Notes: generated by a model from the sequence alone, not told the origin. DNA of 64,000 bases from Eledone cirrhosa (GCA_964016885.1 OZ024746.1:8432001-8496000); one strand, 5' to 3'; numbered from the stretch's first letter, positions 43,060 to 58,499 are shown. Made by a program: numbers and translations.

Positions 43060-43935
43060 GGATTAACTCAGTCGTTAGATCGTCTGACAAATGCGTAGTA
43101 GTATTCTTTGTGGCTCCTTAGATTCTGTGTTCAAATCACATCGATGTCAACTTTGCCTTTCATCCTCCTGGGGGGGGGGTGTCAATAAAACAAATTACCC
43201 AGTAAAGAACTGGGGGGGGGGGGGGGTTTAGATTTAATTCACTTTACTTCTTTCCCAAATCGCTGGTCTCGTATCTATGTTCGAAACCTTTATTATTCAC
43301 TTCAAATCCAGTCGAGGTCAATTTCGCCTTTCACATATTTTTAGGTCGATAAAATATGTAACAGACAAGAATAGGAGGATCGATATAATATACTATATTC
43401 ATAGTTCAAAATCTGTGGTCATGCGCCTGCTTTTGTCTTTAGAAATTATATATAAAAGGAAATTATATGTAGATAAAAACTTCACTAGCAAAAGTGAAAT
43501 TTGAAAATCTGTAATAAATAGTTTCAAATTAACCGACGTTAATTACGGGGTCGATAAAATAAAGTACCAGTAATGCACTGGGTAATTGCTGGCCTTGTGC
43601 CTAAAGTAGAAATAGTTATATTAATAATCGCCGAGGTTAACTTTGCCTTTCATCCTTATGGGGTTGATAAAATAAAGTACCAGTAATACACTGGGTAATT
43701 GCTGGCCTTGTGCCAAAACTAGAAACAGTTATATTAATAATAAGGGTGGTGGATTGGCAGTATCGGTAGAGGGTCGGACGCCATGCATTCCAGCATAGTT
43801 ACGTCCCTTTACGATCTGAGTTCAAATCCCACCGAGGTTAACTTTGCCTTTCATCCTTACGGGGTCGATAAAATAAAGTACCAGTAATGCACTGGGTAAT
43901 TGCTGGCCTTGTGCCTAATGTAGAAACAGTTATAT
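43060..43935 (+). mobile_element. Cluster of OR1-like SINE copies (two old, two truncated young, one full at 43743-43930)
   Basis: The repeated 3' block GATAAAATAAAGTACCAGTAAT..GGCCTTGTGCC..AGAAA(C/T)AGTTATATTAATAAT occurs three times. Confidence 0.8.
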
Positions 43936-44370
43936 TAATAATGTAATTTGAACAAACTGTGGATACCTTTGACGACGGAAGCATAGCTTCATATTTGGTG
44001 AGAAATGTAACGACGTAATACACAAACAAACAAACAAACAAAGATACAAACATATATTCCCAAATGAATAACCAAGATAAGAAGAGTGCAGAACTGTATA
44101 CTCTGGCGGTGTCTTGATATTGCCACTTCCGTGATCTTTTGCCAAGAATAACATAGCTGCATTCTATATAATTAATACTGTCACTCTGTCACTCTGTCAG
44201 TCTGCAGTAGTTTGTCAAAGTGTCGAATTTTGGTAGAAAAAAAAACCCCAACAAACAAACAAAAACAAAACAACAACGATAAAGAAAACCATAAAATGAA
44301 TTTCTCCCTTCCTCCTTCTCTCTGTCTGTCTTCCCCCCTCTCTCTGTCACACTCTCTCTCTCTGTTTGTC

Positions 44371-44410
<40 letters not shown>

Positions 44411-44892
44411 CCTCTCTTCCTGTTACTCTCTCTCTGTCTCTCTACTCCCAACCCCTCTTTCACTTCCATTTTCTTTCTCTCTCTCTCTGTTTCTTGCAAG
44501 GTTTCATGGAAACAGTTTTTGTTTTAAAATGCATAAAAAGTAAATAAAAATGAAAATTAGACTACACACACACTCACACACACACACAAACACAGGTACA
44601 CATACACAGGTACACATACACACACACACACAAACACATACACACACATACACACACTCTGGTTCTCTTTCACACACACACACATTCACTCACACGCTTA
44701 CTCCGTCATTTGCCGTTGCGACCGTGTGTGAAACCTGTGGAAAAGATGGAGAAGCCGTCATAAGTTGGTATAATTTGTAGTGATGTAGTTGATTATCTTC
44801 AAGATAGTCACTACAAGCGACCTATACCAGACCTAGACAGCCAGGGGCAGTTCATACATTATCTTTCCATCGTTATTTTTGTAAATCGAAGA

Positions 44893-45265
<373 letters not shown>

Positions 45266-45473
45266 ATTTTTATTTTATTTATTTATTTATTTATTTATTT
45301 ATTTTTGTCTCCGTCTCTGCGCATGCGTTTGCAAGTGTGTATAATGTTTGGTGTGTGTGTTCGCGTTTGAGTGTATGTTTATGTTTTTGTATTCTATCTT
45401 TGTTTACTAGTGTGTGTTTATACGTGTTTGTTGTTATTGTTTTTGTGTATATATTTATTTATATATATATATG

Positions 45474-45581
<108 letters not shown>

Positions 45582-46104
45582 GTATATATTTATATATATG
45601 TATATACACAGTGCCCCGCAAAAGTTTACAACACATTAGGAAAAATGCGGTTTTAGGTATTTTTAATAAAGTTAGGGTAATGAAAATTTAACTACCGATA
45701 GAACATATAATGAGGCATTTAATGATACAATCATAGTTTAAAAAAATAACAAGGAAATAACTCATGAAGAAAAATCAATATTTTTATAACGCAAGAGACA
45801 TTTAGTAGGCTTTCGTTAATGAACAGATATCTTGGGAATATAGATATACATATTTGATGGACCATTCATATTAAAAGTAACCGTAGATTTAATGTAATCC
45901 TCCCCCTATAGGGTCCCTTTAGCAGAGTTCACTCTACACTGCTGTCTGAGGTTAGCCCCAGTGTTGGGCTTTCCTTATCTTTTTAACCCTACTTGTCTCG
46001 AATGCCCCGATGAAAGGCCACTGGTATTGCCCTTTTCTCCTCTGACTATTCAATTAAAAATAAAATAAAAACAATGTCTATCATGGAATGATGTCACTCC
46101 ACCG

Positions 46105-46315
46105 GTTTCTTGTTCAAATCCTGCCGAGGTCAAATTTGCTTTTCATCCATTCGGGGTCGATTAGTACATTCTGAGTTCAAATTCTGTCGAGCTCAATTTC
46201 ACCTTCCATTCTATCAGGCTCGAGGAAACAAAGTACCAGTAAAGTACTGGGGTTGATATAATCGACTTTTCCCCTCACCACAAATTGCTGATCTTTTGCC
46301 TAAATTAGAAATCAG
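46105..46315 (+). mobile_element. Old OR1-like SINE fragments
   Basis: Two GTTCAAAT B-box blocks and a diverged 3' end. Confidence 0.6.
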
Positions 46316-48214
46316 TGTTGATAATTGAGTTCAAATGTTTCTTATATGTTTAGATATCTGTAGATTTGCTGTTATGAAATTGTAGATTGAAAATAAATTG
46401 TTCTTGTTATGAATGTTAACCATATGATTGTTTTCGTCTTTTAGATTTGATGAATGAGATCAAACCGATCCTGGTCGGTTTAGATTTGGTGAAAAACTTA
46501 GTATTTGTAAGCTTACCTTACTAGGTTACTAACGAATTTAACAGCAGTCCTGGGAGATGTGTACACCTCCAAGTTTTCAGGAACTGCAGGAGTAGACAAT
46601 AGATCTGACAAAGGACGCTGTCGTCTCAGGCTTATCTGACTTTCATATGAATCTTTCCGCCAAATGAAAAATATTGCAGAACACATAAATAAAACGACCA
46701 ATATCGATTAAATGTTAGTAGTGTCTATTATTAGCGGAAATCTATTTCATCGGAAGTGAACTAAATTTCATAAGCAAATCACGTACATGTTCTTTCCTCG
46801 CGAAGACATTATTATAATGAAGAAGGACTGAAAAGAAGTTTGAAAACAAACTGCAGCCATGAATTGCGCGCTTCACATATTTGAGATATATATTTTTTAC
46901 TTTGACTACATTGGTTTCATTTTGAAGATAATTTGTTTTGGTGATGAGTGTGCATGCAGTTTTACAGCAGATATTGTTTTGTTTCTTTCTGATTTCTTGG
47001 TGTTTGACAATTTTCTTCTCACAACTTCTCATAAGAATAACTAAACAATTTATGCATTCATGTGTTGAATATATAACTTTGAAGTGTTTATTATACTTTA
47101 TTCTATGATGCATATATATTGATAATAGAATCTACTGTTTATTTTTAACTTATTTTGCTTTAGTTCATTACAGTAACTATTCAGTTGAACATTTCAGTTT
47201 GAGTTTTGTGGACTTAACGTTTTCGTTTACTTTTTGTTAAAAGTCACTTAAAAAAAACTCAACCGATTCTCGACTATTCTTATCCCCCCCCCCCTTATAT
47301 AATCAAGCATTTTATAACTAGCATAAATGTATAAGAGGTTGTTTGTGAGAAATAATGCATCTATGAATTAATTTCAATATATATATACATTGAAAATTAG
47401 CGTCTATGTACACGAGAATTATGTATACAACAAATAACTCTATACCCTTGTTAGATGCATGTCAATGCTTCTGAGTCTAATTACATCTATATGTATAATG
47501 TTGAATTATACTATATTATATTATATATATATATGGAGGTTTCTTTACCAAAACACTGCTATAATACTCATTAGCTGTGTATGTGGACTCTGCAAACTTA
47601 TGCCATTGAGTGAGTGGATCATAATTTCGAACAAAAATATATCTATTGTCGCACCACCAGACTGAGGAGCAGATCGATACTGGAGTCGCGTCCATAAATC
47701 CTATGGGTCTCCTTGAGCCAATCCTCTGCGAAACGCGCGCAACAGGTCGATACGCAATAAATATTTTTCATATGTAAACGAAACGTCCTCGTTTTTTCTA
47801 TTATATATATGCATACACGTGCTTGTTTTTGGTTATTGTGTATAAAGTGCGTGAATGTCTAAAAGTATATATTTATAAATATAAATATATTTAAGGAGGA
47901 GGTTATAGTTCACTTGAAGCATTGTGTAATGAGGTATAAACGTTTGAATATGTGTAATAAAGCCAAAACAATGCAGGTATGGACATAGAAAAAAGAATGC
48001 AATTGTAAAAGATATTGTTGACAATTCATCCTTTACCTTAGATTTATTTAAATGTCCTTAATTTTCGAGATAATATCTCTTCTTCAGAGGGAAATAAAGG
48101 TCTCAAACCAGCGTTCTAAATATCTTGCCAAGCCATGCTGACAGGAAATAGTATAGAGTATACAGGGATATATCTAAGCTGTATATGCAAGAGTTTTAAA
48201 CTATTTACTGTATA

Positions 48215-48262
<48 letters not shown>

Positions 48263-48327
48263 AAGAAATATGAGGACGTATTCTGTACTTCTGTACTCAT
48301 ATATTCCATTTCACACTTTAATTTTAG

Positions 48328-48784
48328 ATATCTGTCAACGAAGAGAAGATGAGTCTTTCAAGGGAAGAGTTTGAGTCATTAAGGGTAAGCCAACCCAAAG
48401 TTGACCACCGTGCTGTTAAGCCTACTTTGTGCAGCAATTTAGTTGCTGATCTACATAACAACAAAGGCCGAGGTGCTAAACTGTTCGCTAAACGCCAAGC
48501 CCGATCTGAGAAATGGGTTGTTGACGACAAAAATCTGAAGAGTCCATCGACTCCCGAGGGAAATGTAAGTATGATGAATGTACAGAATAAATTAGTAACC
48601 ATGATTGAGTCACCAATGCCAATCGTACAACAAAAGCCACAGGGACCTGGAAAGGTGAAAGACGCTCCAAGAGCGGTTCCAGTTCCAATTGTGAAAACAG
48701 ATCTGAAGTCTGGCGGTCAAGGTACGATGTTCGATGGACCTAACTTTAATAGAAAAGCACGAGGATGGAATACTGGCGCACCTG
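48328..48784 (+). CDS. Synaptopodin-2/myozenin-like protein, coding exon B
   Basis: Acceptor ATTTTAG|ATA (phase 0, matches exon A) and donor G|GTAAGT (phase 1). Encodes KGRGAKLFAKRQARSEKWVVDD and PNFNRKARGW, both family hallmark motifs. Confidence 0.9.
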
Positions 48785-50184
48785 GTAAGTACTCGTCAAT
48801 TTAAAATATATCTTATTCTGTCGTAATTTATGTATTTTCGTCCTTTATATATTTAATTTGAAACAGTAACTTTCCTAATCCCATTATAATTTCAAGACAT
48901 TCCGCATCTTCCGAGTCAATAATATAAGTTACAGTAATAAACTATCTCTCTCCAGCAGATTTGTAGCTCTTTGTGCCAAATATTATATATCAATATTGTT
49001 CTATAGTGCAATCAGACTGACACATATATCAAATAGAAATACATACATATAATCAATTAATGAGGGGAAAAGGAGGGGAAAAGAAAGGACTCTAGAGCCA
49101 CAGAATAAAAGGAGGGTGAAGAGGAGTGGATGGTGGGCTCTGGGCCTAGGGTGCAGCGGTGTTGGAGCTGTGCCCCGCAGACAAAACCGTTACTTGTTCC
49201 AATATTGTTGTTAACAGTTTGTGATTTGTTATTTTCGTAAGCGGTAAAGGCTTCTATCTAACCAGAAACATTACCAGAAACAATGTTACAACAAAATTCT
49301 TGTTATACTGATGGTTATCAGTAATATATTTATACTAATGAAGGACAGACTTATCCAAACTTCTTTTAATATAATCCTAAAATGTTTGCAATAGGATGAT
49401 TGGTAGTAAATCTCTTGGTTTTAGTTGTTGGCTCTCGTTAAGATTCACTACATTTAGAGTATTATTACTATCATCTCGTTGTCCATACTGCTTTCATAAT
49501 AACACATTTCCTATATTGATACAACGACAATTCCTCGTATTGAATGAGTATCTTTACGCACCGTGTAGAGCAAAAATTCGGTTATAATCCCAAATTATCG
49601 ACAGTTCGGGTGTTTTGCTGTGAATGTACCGGTTTTGAACTTGCAGAATTTCTCTTTAGGATAATTACAGTACACCAGATGCTCGGTTCATGTCAGTTTT
49701 AAATTACTAATAAACCTACTATAAAGAGCATTTGGTGACTAAAGAAGAATCGAATAAACAAGATAATTAGTATTGTATATTAAAAATTCGAGGTTATAAA
49801 CTCAATTTCCACGCAAGAGCAAGTTTAAATATGTTTTCAGGTTACAAATGTATTATAATTATACAGAAATGGCTATCATATGCTGTAATGCATGTAAAAT
49901 GTTCACGAAGAAGTTTTTGTTTAAAATTATATTACATTCTATTGAGTAATAGCTGGTTCTCATCAATTTAGTGGTTAATTTGCTAGGAAAGCGGCGAACA
50001 ACAGCTATTAGTGTTAGCTTGGTATGATACAACTGTAAAGCCCTTGTTGATATCTACTAGACACCACACAATGATTAATCAAATTCAGTTTTGATTAAAA
50101 TTTTGTTTGAAATCCATTCCAAAACTGTAGCAAAAGTAGTAGTAGTGGTGGTGGTGGTGGTGGTGGTAGTGGTGGTGGTTATGG

Positions 50185-50221
<37 letters not shown>

Positions 50222-50996
50222 ACTAATAATAATAATGATAACAGTAATAATAATGAAACAAACAAATAGCAAACAAACAATATTAATAACAACAGTACAA
50301 CTAACGATGGTAACAATTCTATGTTTGAGAGATAATCTAAGTTTGGCTAAATTTAAAAAGAGACGTTTCATAAACTTTGGGATCACTTCAACTCGCGTTC
50401 CTAAAAAATTAGATTATCACTAACAAAGATTAATAGGCCATTTTGATTGAGTTAGTGGCTTCTAATTTACTGGTATTAAGTTACATACACACACTAGCTT
50501 TATTATGTAACTAACTACCACATTGAACTATTAGAAATTATATAACCATTATATAAGGAATTCCTGCTCAAAGTCCGTAACAAAATTATAGGGGGTAGGT
50601 ATAAGCGATCGAATCTATTTTATGGCATTGGTTTTACTTATTATCGACTCTAGACAGATGAAAATAATATATATGTACCCTGGTAAGATCTGAACGAGGA
50701 ATGAAGAGAGATAAATCCCGTTGTGTTAATGCTATGAGAAGAAAACTACAAATGGTGAAGAACACCAGCCAAGCTCTCTTATTAATGTATATATGTGTCT
50801 ATATATTACAATGTGACTATTGGCTTGAAGATTTGGGGATTAAACCTTAATTGCATTTAATCCTGTAACATGTGAGAAAAACACATCCATGTACCACAAC
50901 AATTTCATTGATATCAATGAAAAGATAACAATATTATGATATATATATAACCTTAGAAATAGTTTTAAATTATAACGTCATTCTATATCTCTAAGT

Positions 50997-51662
50997 CAGA
51001 GGTGGGGAAACTTTTCATGTTGAAAGGGGGCATTAAGTTACTTGTAATATAATGAGGCCGCATTAAGTTACTTGTAATATAATAAGGCCGGATTCAAGAT
51101 ACCATAATTATATATTCTTAAATATCTACAGTATTTTGTACAAATTTGACTACTATGTACTTATTATCTAAACAACGTTACAACAGACAAAACACAAATA
51201 AAATAATACAAATATACGTTCAAGTTGTGTAACCCTTTTTGAAATTCTACTTCAAAAGGAATTCTACATACATTTTGATAATCACTGGTGTACTAAATCC
51301 CCGTGGGTTCTCACCAGCCAGTCTTGGACGATAGTGGCTCCAGTTAAGCAGGAATTTAATGTACATTCTAGAATCACATTAGAACTAAAACATGAGCATA
51401 GAAAGGGCTGAAATGGTTCTTATGATCTACTAATGTTTTAATTCTGACTATCTGTCAGTGTGGATTATTTTGTGGAATATTCTTTTACTCTTTGGTATTT
51501 AAAATACGTTGATCTTATGGTTTAAATTAAAATAATAAGAGATAGACAAAAACATATTTATAAAAATCAAATTTGTTGGAAATGTTTAATTCTTTCAAAA
51601 GGCCCCATAGAATGGCATAGAAGGCCGCATGCGGCCTTAATGTCGCAGGTTCCCCATCTCTT
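50997..51662. mobile_element. hAT (Charlie-like) non-autonomous element
   Basis: TIRs CAGAGGTGGGGAA / TTCCCCATCTCT; subterminal GGCCGCATGCGGCC; degenerate 8-bp TSD CTCTAAGT / GTGTAAGT. Confidence 0.65.
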
Positions 51663-52184
51663 GTGTAAGTGAAAGTAAAATATTGAAAGATAGAATGAGA
51701 GAAAGAAATGATATATGGTTAAAATAGTGGATTAGAACGGCAAACATTTGTGCTGAATTCTAACCACTTTATTAAACACGGAACCACATTACATATTTCT
51801 TTTTAAATACAACTAAATTCGGGATGTCTTCAGTGAAATCTATGTAGAATATGTAGTTGTAACTTTCTTGAATACCCAGCTAGTTGATTTAAAGACTTAT
51901 CTCCCTTCCACTCTTCTACGTTGACCTCAGCATTGAATTGAACTAAATTGCACTTTGGGGAGGTAAACGTAAATTATTTCTCTTCCGGAAATAGGTGGTT
52001 TTCTTGTAACATATTGTAACCCTTTCAATCTGTGATCCCCCCCCCCCCCAAGATATCAGGCCGGTTGTGTTATAATTTGGTGGCGGCTTTTATTTTTAGG
52101 CTCAATTAGTATTTTTTTGAGTCCCAAGTCTCAATATGTTCATCCCTATTTGTTCTTATTTTCTTCTCCCCAAGTGCGTTGGGT

Positions 52185-52432
52185 TTACGATCATAATGTT
52201 ATGGGTTCGATTCCTGAACTGGGTTGTGTGTTGTGTTCTTGAGCAAAACACTTCATTTTACGTTGCTCCAGTATACTCAGCGGAAAATAAGTACTAGCAA
52301 TAGCTGGGGGATTAACCCTGCGATGGACTGGCGTCCTCTCCAGGAGAGAGTCTTGAACTCTCAGACGCTTCAAGCCACGAAACCTGGATAAGCATCGGCC
52401 TAACGAGTCTTCTGGCTTGAGGCAGACTTTAG
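52185..52432 (+). mobile_element. CORE-like tRNA SINE (OR2-like), 5' truncated
   Basis: GGTTCGATTCC B box plus TTGTGTTCTTGAGCAAAACACTT; collinear with the 32955 copy. Confidence 0.75.
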
Positions 52433-52809
52433 ACTTAGACTAGTCCGTTCCAGATTGTTTTGGCTACCACATTATGTCTCACTGGAAAGTAGTTACGAGA
52501 AGACTTTATTTCACAGTTTACAATAATGTAGCTAACATCCTCGATCTTTAATTTGCACAGCAGATGACTTTCCTCTTTTGAGGCAGTAGGTACTTGGTGG
52601 GGATTTCTTGTTCCTGAGTGGCATTGAAGCACCCTTCAAGCTTAATGTCATGAACTTTTTGGAATTTCATGTCAGGCTTTTAGCGTAATTTATCCTCTTT
52701 ATGGCCAGCGTCTTTCGTCTCAATTACCTACTCTTTTATACTCTTTTACCTGTTCCAGCCATCCGGTCGAGGCCATGCTGGGGCCCTATGTACAACCTTC
52801 TCAGTGAAC

Positions 52810-53130
52810 TAGTTTGTTTTATTTTTATTTTGCTCGAGCATTAAACAGAATTTTCTAATGTTCTTCGGAGAGAGATCTGTGTCAGCTTTTATTCCATGTC
52901 CCTCCTCTAGTCTAATGACTATCATAACATTGTTATTTATATACTCGTAAATCTGGGTGAGTTGGATGCTGACATTTTTCTTCTGTCGGAGTCGTTGTTT
53001 TAATGTCATTAGCTGAGTCTCAAACGATGTTAATATGGATTCTAGACCTCGACTACACTCCTTGCCTGGGGAATATAGTCTCTCCACATCTCAATTGATG
53101 TTAAAATATCTACTGCCATTCAGCTGCGAC
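52810..53130 (-). mobile_element. Decayed R4/NeSL-like LINE fragment
   Basis: DVERLYSPGKECSRGL resembles the post-RT RLYLPRKEGGRGL motif. Confidence 0.45.
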
Positions 53131-53335
53131 TTTTGACAAACAACTCCTCCTTCAATTCTTGCAATGACCAGTTCAAACCAGTTCAGACCAGTTCTAACAT
53201 CTCACAAGTTCTGGACTTGGCGATTTCCTTTTCCTCATCTTCTCTATGTATGTATGTATGTATGTATGTATGTATGTATGTATGTATGTATGTATGTATG
53301 TATGTATGTATGTATGTATGTATGTATGTATGTAT

Positions 53336-53792
53336 GTCAAGGGCAAAGGAGCTCTTAAGAGTCAATGGCCATCCAAAATCACCGGGAGAGATGACCCCTT
53401 AGCCTTTGTCAAGGCAGAATTCTAGGAGAAGGAAGACTCTGATATAACACCTGCAACTCTGATGGTATCCAATGATGTTGACTGTTCTTCTTTTTGGTAA
53501 ATATCATCTTGGTTAAGAGAGTGGGACTGGCTTTGTGCAGTGCCTTTGCTCACTATAAAAGCTTCACGACACAGGCATTGCTTTATATCTGGAGATCTCT
53601 CTGCCCTTGTCGTCACATGGTACCATGGGTCCAGCACTATGTGTCAGTAATTGTCACAAGTGTAGTGTTTGTACCAGAGTTTTCAAGTCGCTGGCTGGAC
53701 TAAAAAGTCACACTCGTTCAGCGCATCGGTAGGGGTTCTCCTACATGGATATAAACTAGTGGCCGTATTCGAAAACGAGTTGGCAGCCACCA
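53336..53792 (+). mobile_element. About 455-bp non-coding element bounded by (TATG)n, RTE-related (copy 1)
   Basis: Near-identical to 62964-63421; contains TCTAGGAGAAGGAAGACTCTGAT, resembling RTE 5' UTRs; ends GAGTTGGCAGCCACC-(ATGT)n. Confidence 0.65.
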
Positions 53793-54880
53793 TGTGTGTA
53801 TGTATGTATGTTTGTATGTATGTTTACATATACGTATGCATGTATATATACATACACACACACATATATATATATGCATAAATACATAAATGTATGTACG
53901 TATGCATCTATGTATTTATTTACACCTATATACACATATACATCTATGTACTTCTGAAAGAAAATTTGGATGGATAGTTTCCAATATATATATATATTCA
54001 TTTTCTTTAATGAGGTAATTGTTGTTTACTTAGTAATTGATTGGAAAATTTCCCCATCGTCCATTCCAAACAACCCCCAAACAAATAGACTAAGTAGGAC
54101 ACTAAACCCGTTTCTCAAGTGTGTTAATTTACACGCACAACAAAAATTAAAAGAGACATAATTAAATTTGTAGCTCTTAGAAATGAAAACAAGCAATAAG
54201 ATAACAAAAGAAAAAATAACAAACAAATAGTAAGTTTATTAGCAATTAAATAATTAGTAATTTAATAATTTTCATACCGTAATCAGTATTTATATAAGAT
54301 TTTAGAATTGGTAGATCTACAGATAAAAATCTTTTCGGTGTTTAATTATGCCTCTTTTCGTTCTGAGTTCAAATTTCGCCCAGGACGATTTTGAATTTCA
54401 TCCTTATGGAGTCACAGGCGGCGGACTGGCAGATTCCTCCTCTCACTTCCATTCTTTCACTCTTTCTATCCTTCCCTGGAAGAAATCCACTGTATTCAGA
54501 CCTGGAGAAGATTGGGTTCTGCCAGGTTTTTAAAAAATGCTCTAGAAACGCTGTATGTCAATATTCAACCTGACACAAGGTGTGATAAGGGCGGTCCTTT
54601 GAATTACTGGTACAAATCATTTTGTTCAGTTCAATAGATTGGAGCAACTTGAAATAATGCCTTACTCAAGAATACGTCACCCAACCAGAAATTGAACTAA
54701 TTACCTCAAGATCGTGAACCGAATATCTTAACCACAAAGCCACGGAAAGGAAAGTGGAGTTAAAAAAGAAACTCGTTTTCCCTTTTCCCTTTTCAAGATT
54801 TATGTCCTTGTCTCTTTGTATAATATATAATTATTAACAATTTCTGATTCCATTTCTTACCTGTCCATTCTATATTTCAG

Positions 54881-55116
54881 TACCAGTCATTCCCCAGATT
54901 CCACCGCAAGCAGGGATGAAAGCTCCTCCACCACCGGTAGCTCCGAAACCCACCAGAGGTAAAGTGCAACACACCCGTTCGTCTTCCGATCAATTAGGCT
55001 ACACTTCCGATGTTGATTACAGAAGTCAGACACATAGTTTCCGGCAAAAACCGATGTTTGCACCGACTCCATTTCTTCCAGCCGCCACTCGTGACTTACC
55101 TGGTAGTGATATGTGA
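54881..55116 (+). CDS. Synaptopodin-2/myozenin-like protein, terminal coding exon C
   Basis: Acceptor TATATTTCAG|TA (phase 1, matches exon B); Pro-rich VPVIPQIPPQAGMKAPPPPVAPKPT...LPGSDM*. Exons A+B+C total 998 nt in a continuous frame. Confidence 0.8.
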
Positions 55117-55213
55117 TGCTTCTTCCAGCCGCCACTCGTGACTTACCTGGTAGTGATATGTGATGCTTCTTCCAGCCGCCACTCGTGACTTACCTGGTAG
55201 TGATATGTGATGC
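55073..55213 (+). repeat. Perfect 3 x 47-bp tandem repeat spanning the stop codon
   Basis: TTCTTCCAGCCGCCACTCGTGACTTACCTGGTAGTGATATGTGATGC at 55073, 55120 and 55167. Confidence 0.95.
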
Positions 55214-55403
55214 CGTTTCACATACAAACTTTTCTCTCTCTCTTTCTATACTTTGTCCTCTAACTTTTTTCTTCTTCCTGCCTCCCATCCTTCCATCAGT
55301 GTCCAGAGGTTTTTAACTTTGCCTTTTGTTATTTAATTTAAAACACGTAAATGGGCCTGCATCCTTATAATGCACACAGATATATATATATATATATATA
55401 CAT

Positions 55404-55503
<100 letters not shown>

Positions 55504-55504
55504 C

Positions 55505-55619
<115 letters not shown>

Positions 55620-55636
55620 CATATATATATATATAC

Positions 55637-55722
<86 letters not shown>

Positions 55723-56288
55723 TTATATATATATATATATATATATGCACACAAGACATCTTGCTGGCCCACAGGAGATATTAGGAAGGTATTATTATTA
55801 TAAATAGATGTTTACTTTTTTTTCTGACCCAAACTTCGTAGCCATGTACATTTTACCCTTTCCTACGTTTTATATTTTGAAAACAGTAACGGTTGCTAAC
55901 CTAATGAAATCAATCGATATATTTTGATTGTACACGTAAATAAATCGATTCATTTAAGGATAGAACATGTTGAAGACTTTCTACCAAATTAATTAAATAA
56001 GTAAATAAAAATAATATCAGATCACCAGTGAGATTCGCTGTTAAGCGATGGCTACCGATTTCCTGTGAATCTGATTTTCAAAAAAACGAAACGAAATGAC
56101 ATCGAACGAAACGAAAACCACTAATATGTAACTTAATACAATTTAGATAATACTGAGAAGTTTGATGCCCTTATTGTTGCTGTTCTTGTTGTTGGCAAAA
56201 TACAATTTAAATTGAATAAAAGTGCTAAACCAGCCTTAATTAATTTGTTTTATAATACTGTCTTTTTTTTTACACCTCTCCTTCTCTG

Positions 56289-56348
<60 letters not shown>

Positions 56349-56371
56349 GTATATATATATATATATATATA

Positions 56372-57179
56372 TTGGCCTTAACTCTCCTGCTCTGAGCCGG
56401 TGCTACAGTAAAGACAGAGTCCCAGTGTTTCTCCAGCGCAAGGCGAATAAAATAGTCCACTACGATGATAAAAAGGTAGGGAGCCAATGTATCTCCCTGG
56501 AGCACTCCAGCCAGTATCTCAAAGAACTCTGTCATCCCATCAGGTGTATTGACTTTGGCATGGACACACTGGAAGAGGAAGGTTGAAGTTAACATATGCT
56601 GATGCCCTAAGGACAGACACTGGTCTGTTGGAGACGCAGGATATGGCAGCGATGATGAGGGGCAGAGACCGCTAGAGAGAACTCGTCCATGGATCTCGGG
56701 AATTTTACCCGCCCTATATATATACAGGTAGTCCGAATTGGTGTGGAAAAGACAGGTACACATGTTGTTGAGGTGTGTTTCACTCCGTCAATGCATCGAT
56801 ATGTCCAGCTCCTGGGTGTGTTGTTATTCCTCCGAGGAACTGGAATCATATGGGCTAGAACAAACGAATTTCGCCGTCATAGGACACGCTCGTATCCCAT
56901 TGGTCAGTTGTGAGACCATTCCTCAGTCAAAAGTCTATAGAAATTCTTCCGAGGCAAGTCAGCCTGTTATAGTTGTTTTTGTCAGAATGTTTAAGTACAG
57001 CTGACCTCCTCCATTGTGTTGGTAGTGGTAGTGGTGTTAAGCAGGTCAGCTCTAGTATGCTGCTGCTATGGTCTGAAGAATCTATGTGTGTAGGCTGGCA
57101 TCTATCCTGCCACCATTTCACGTTACTCCGGAGTAAACAAACCAGCCTGCATATTTCACCGAGTACTCCAATCTGCATA

Positions 57180-57180
<1 letters not shown>
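56372..57180 (-). mobile_element. RTE-like LINE reverse transcriptase fragment, degraded
   Basis: AKVNTPDGMTEFFEILAGVLQGDTLAPYLFIIVVDY (RT QG..L.P motif); both ends in (TA)n. Confidence 0.8.
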
Positions 57181-57216
<36 letters not shown>

Positions 57217-57288
57217 TGGTCTCCACCTGTTTATGGTGGGGCCGATATTAAGAACCTATCTTCGTCTTTTGTTTTATTTTCATTGTTC

Positions 57289-57369
<81 letters not shown>

Positions 57370-57496
57370 CACACAACCCACCCCACATATATATAAATTC
57401 TTTTCTCAATTTTATGTTTGTTTATGAATGAGAACATCGCCCTTTACTGAACTCTGTTTAGGTGTTTATTTGAAGGATTTTCCAAATAAGAAATAA

Positions 57497-57683
57497 TAAT
57501 TGTTTCTACTTTTGGCACAAGGCCAGCAATTATCCCAATGCATTACTGGTACTTTATTTTATCGACCCCGTAAGGATGAAAGGCAAAGTCAACCTCGGCG
57601 GGATTTGAACTCAGATCGTAAAGGGACGTAACTATGCTGGAAAGCATGGCGTCCGATCCTCTACCGATACTCCCAATTCACCA
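57497..57683 (-). mobile_element. OR1-like SINE
   Basis: Near-identical to the 5570-5760 copy. Confidence 0.85.
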
Positions 57684-58499
57684 ATAATGCAAAGCAGTTT
57701 ATTTTGTCCGAAAGAAGAAGAATGAAATCAAATTGATCTGGGATATAATATAGTATGTTGTTAGTCAACAATATCTTTCTTAATAAACAACATATTCATG
57801 TAATGCCAATGTATTATAATTGACATGTACAGGACGCTGAGATTGGTAGAATTTATAAAATGTTGAACAGAATATATTACGATGTTTAGTAATGTCTTTT
57901 TACACTCTTATTTCGAATCCTGACCAGGTGAACTTAGCCTTTTATTGTTTCGTAGTCGACAACAGTCAATATGATCGACTATATCTTTCTGTTAGGCACA
58001 TGGCTTAGTGGTTAGAGAATCGGATTCACAATCGTGAGGTTGTGAGTTCGATTTACTTCACTTTACTCTTTCTGCCAGGAGTTGCGACCAGTAGATAGTA
58101 TCAGCAATGGTAAGACCAATGGAAACATTGTTTCCTTGGTCCGAAAGATTATATTCAAATGCAAATTATAAAAATATATATGATAATATTTTAAAAACAA
58201 AATTTGCTTTTGCTCTAACATAACGGATAAGTAAATGTATTCGTGAGTAAATAATAATATAATAATGTTATTAATATTCGATTCGTTTGCAAGCAAACAG
58301 TCACATAACACCATGTATTCTAGACGACTATCGTCATCCTTTTGTTCTAGCGGTAGCACTGGTATATTTTAGTCCACAAGTGCCAGTAGTACTTGACATA
58401 TACTGTAACATATACTGTAACTTCTAGATTTCGTAATACACACACACAGACAAACTCACGCACACACACATTCACACACATTCTCTCTTTCACACACAC

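Noticed and set aside
45608-45640. Tc1-like TIR start CAGTGCCCCGCAAAAGT
   Set aside because: No matching inverted end found nearby.
47661-47745. GC-rich island with CAG| and CAG|GTCGAT, open as TEEQIDTGVASINPMGLLEPILCETRAT
   Set aside because: 85 nt would shift the frame between exons A and B; weak polypyrimidine tract and donor.
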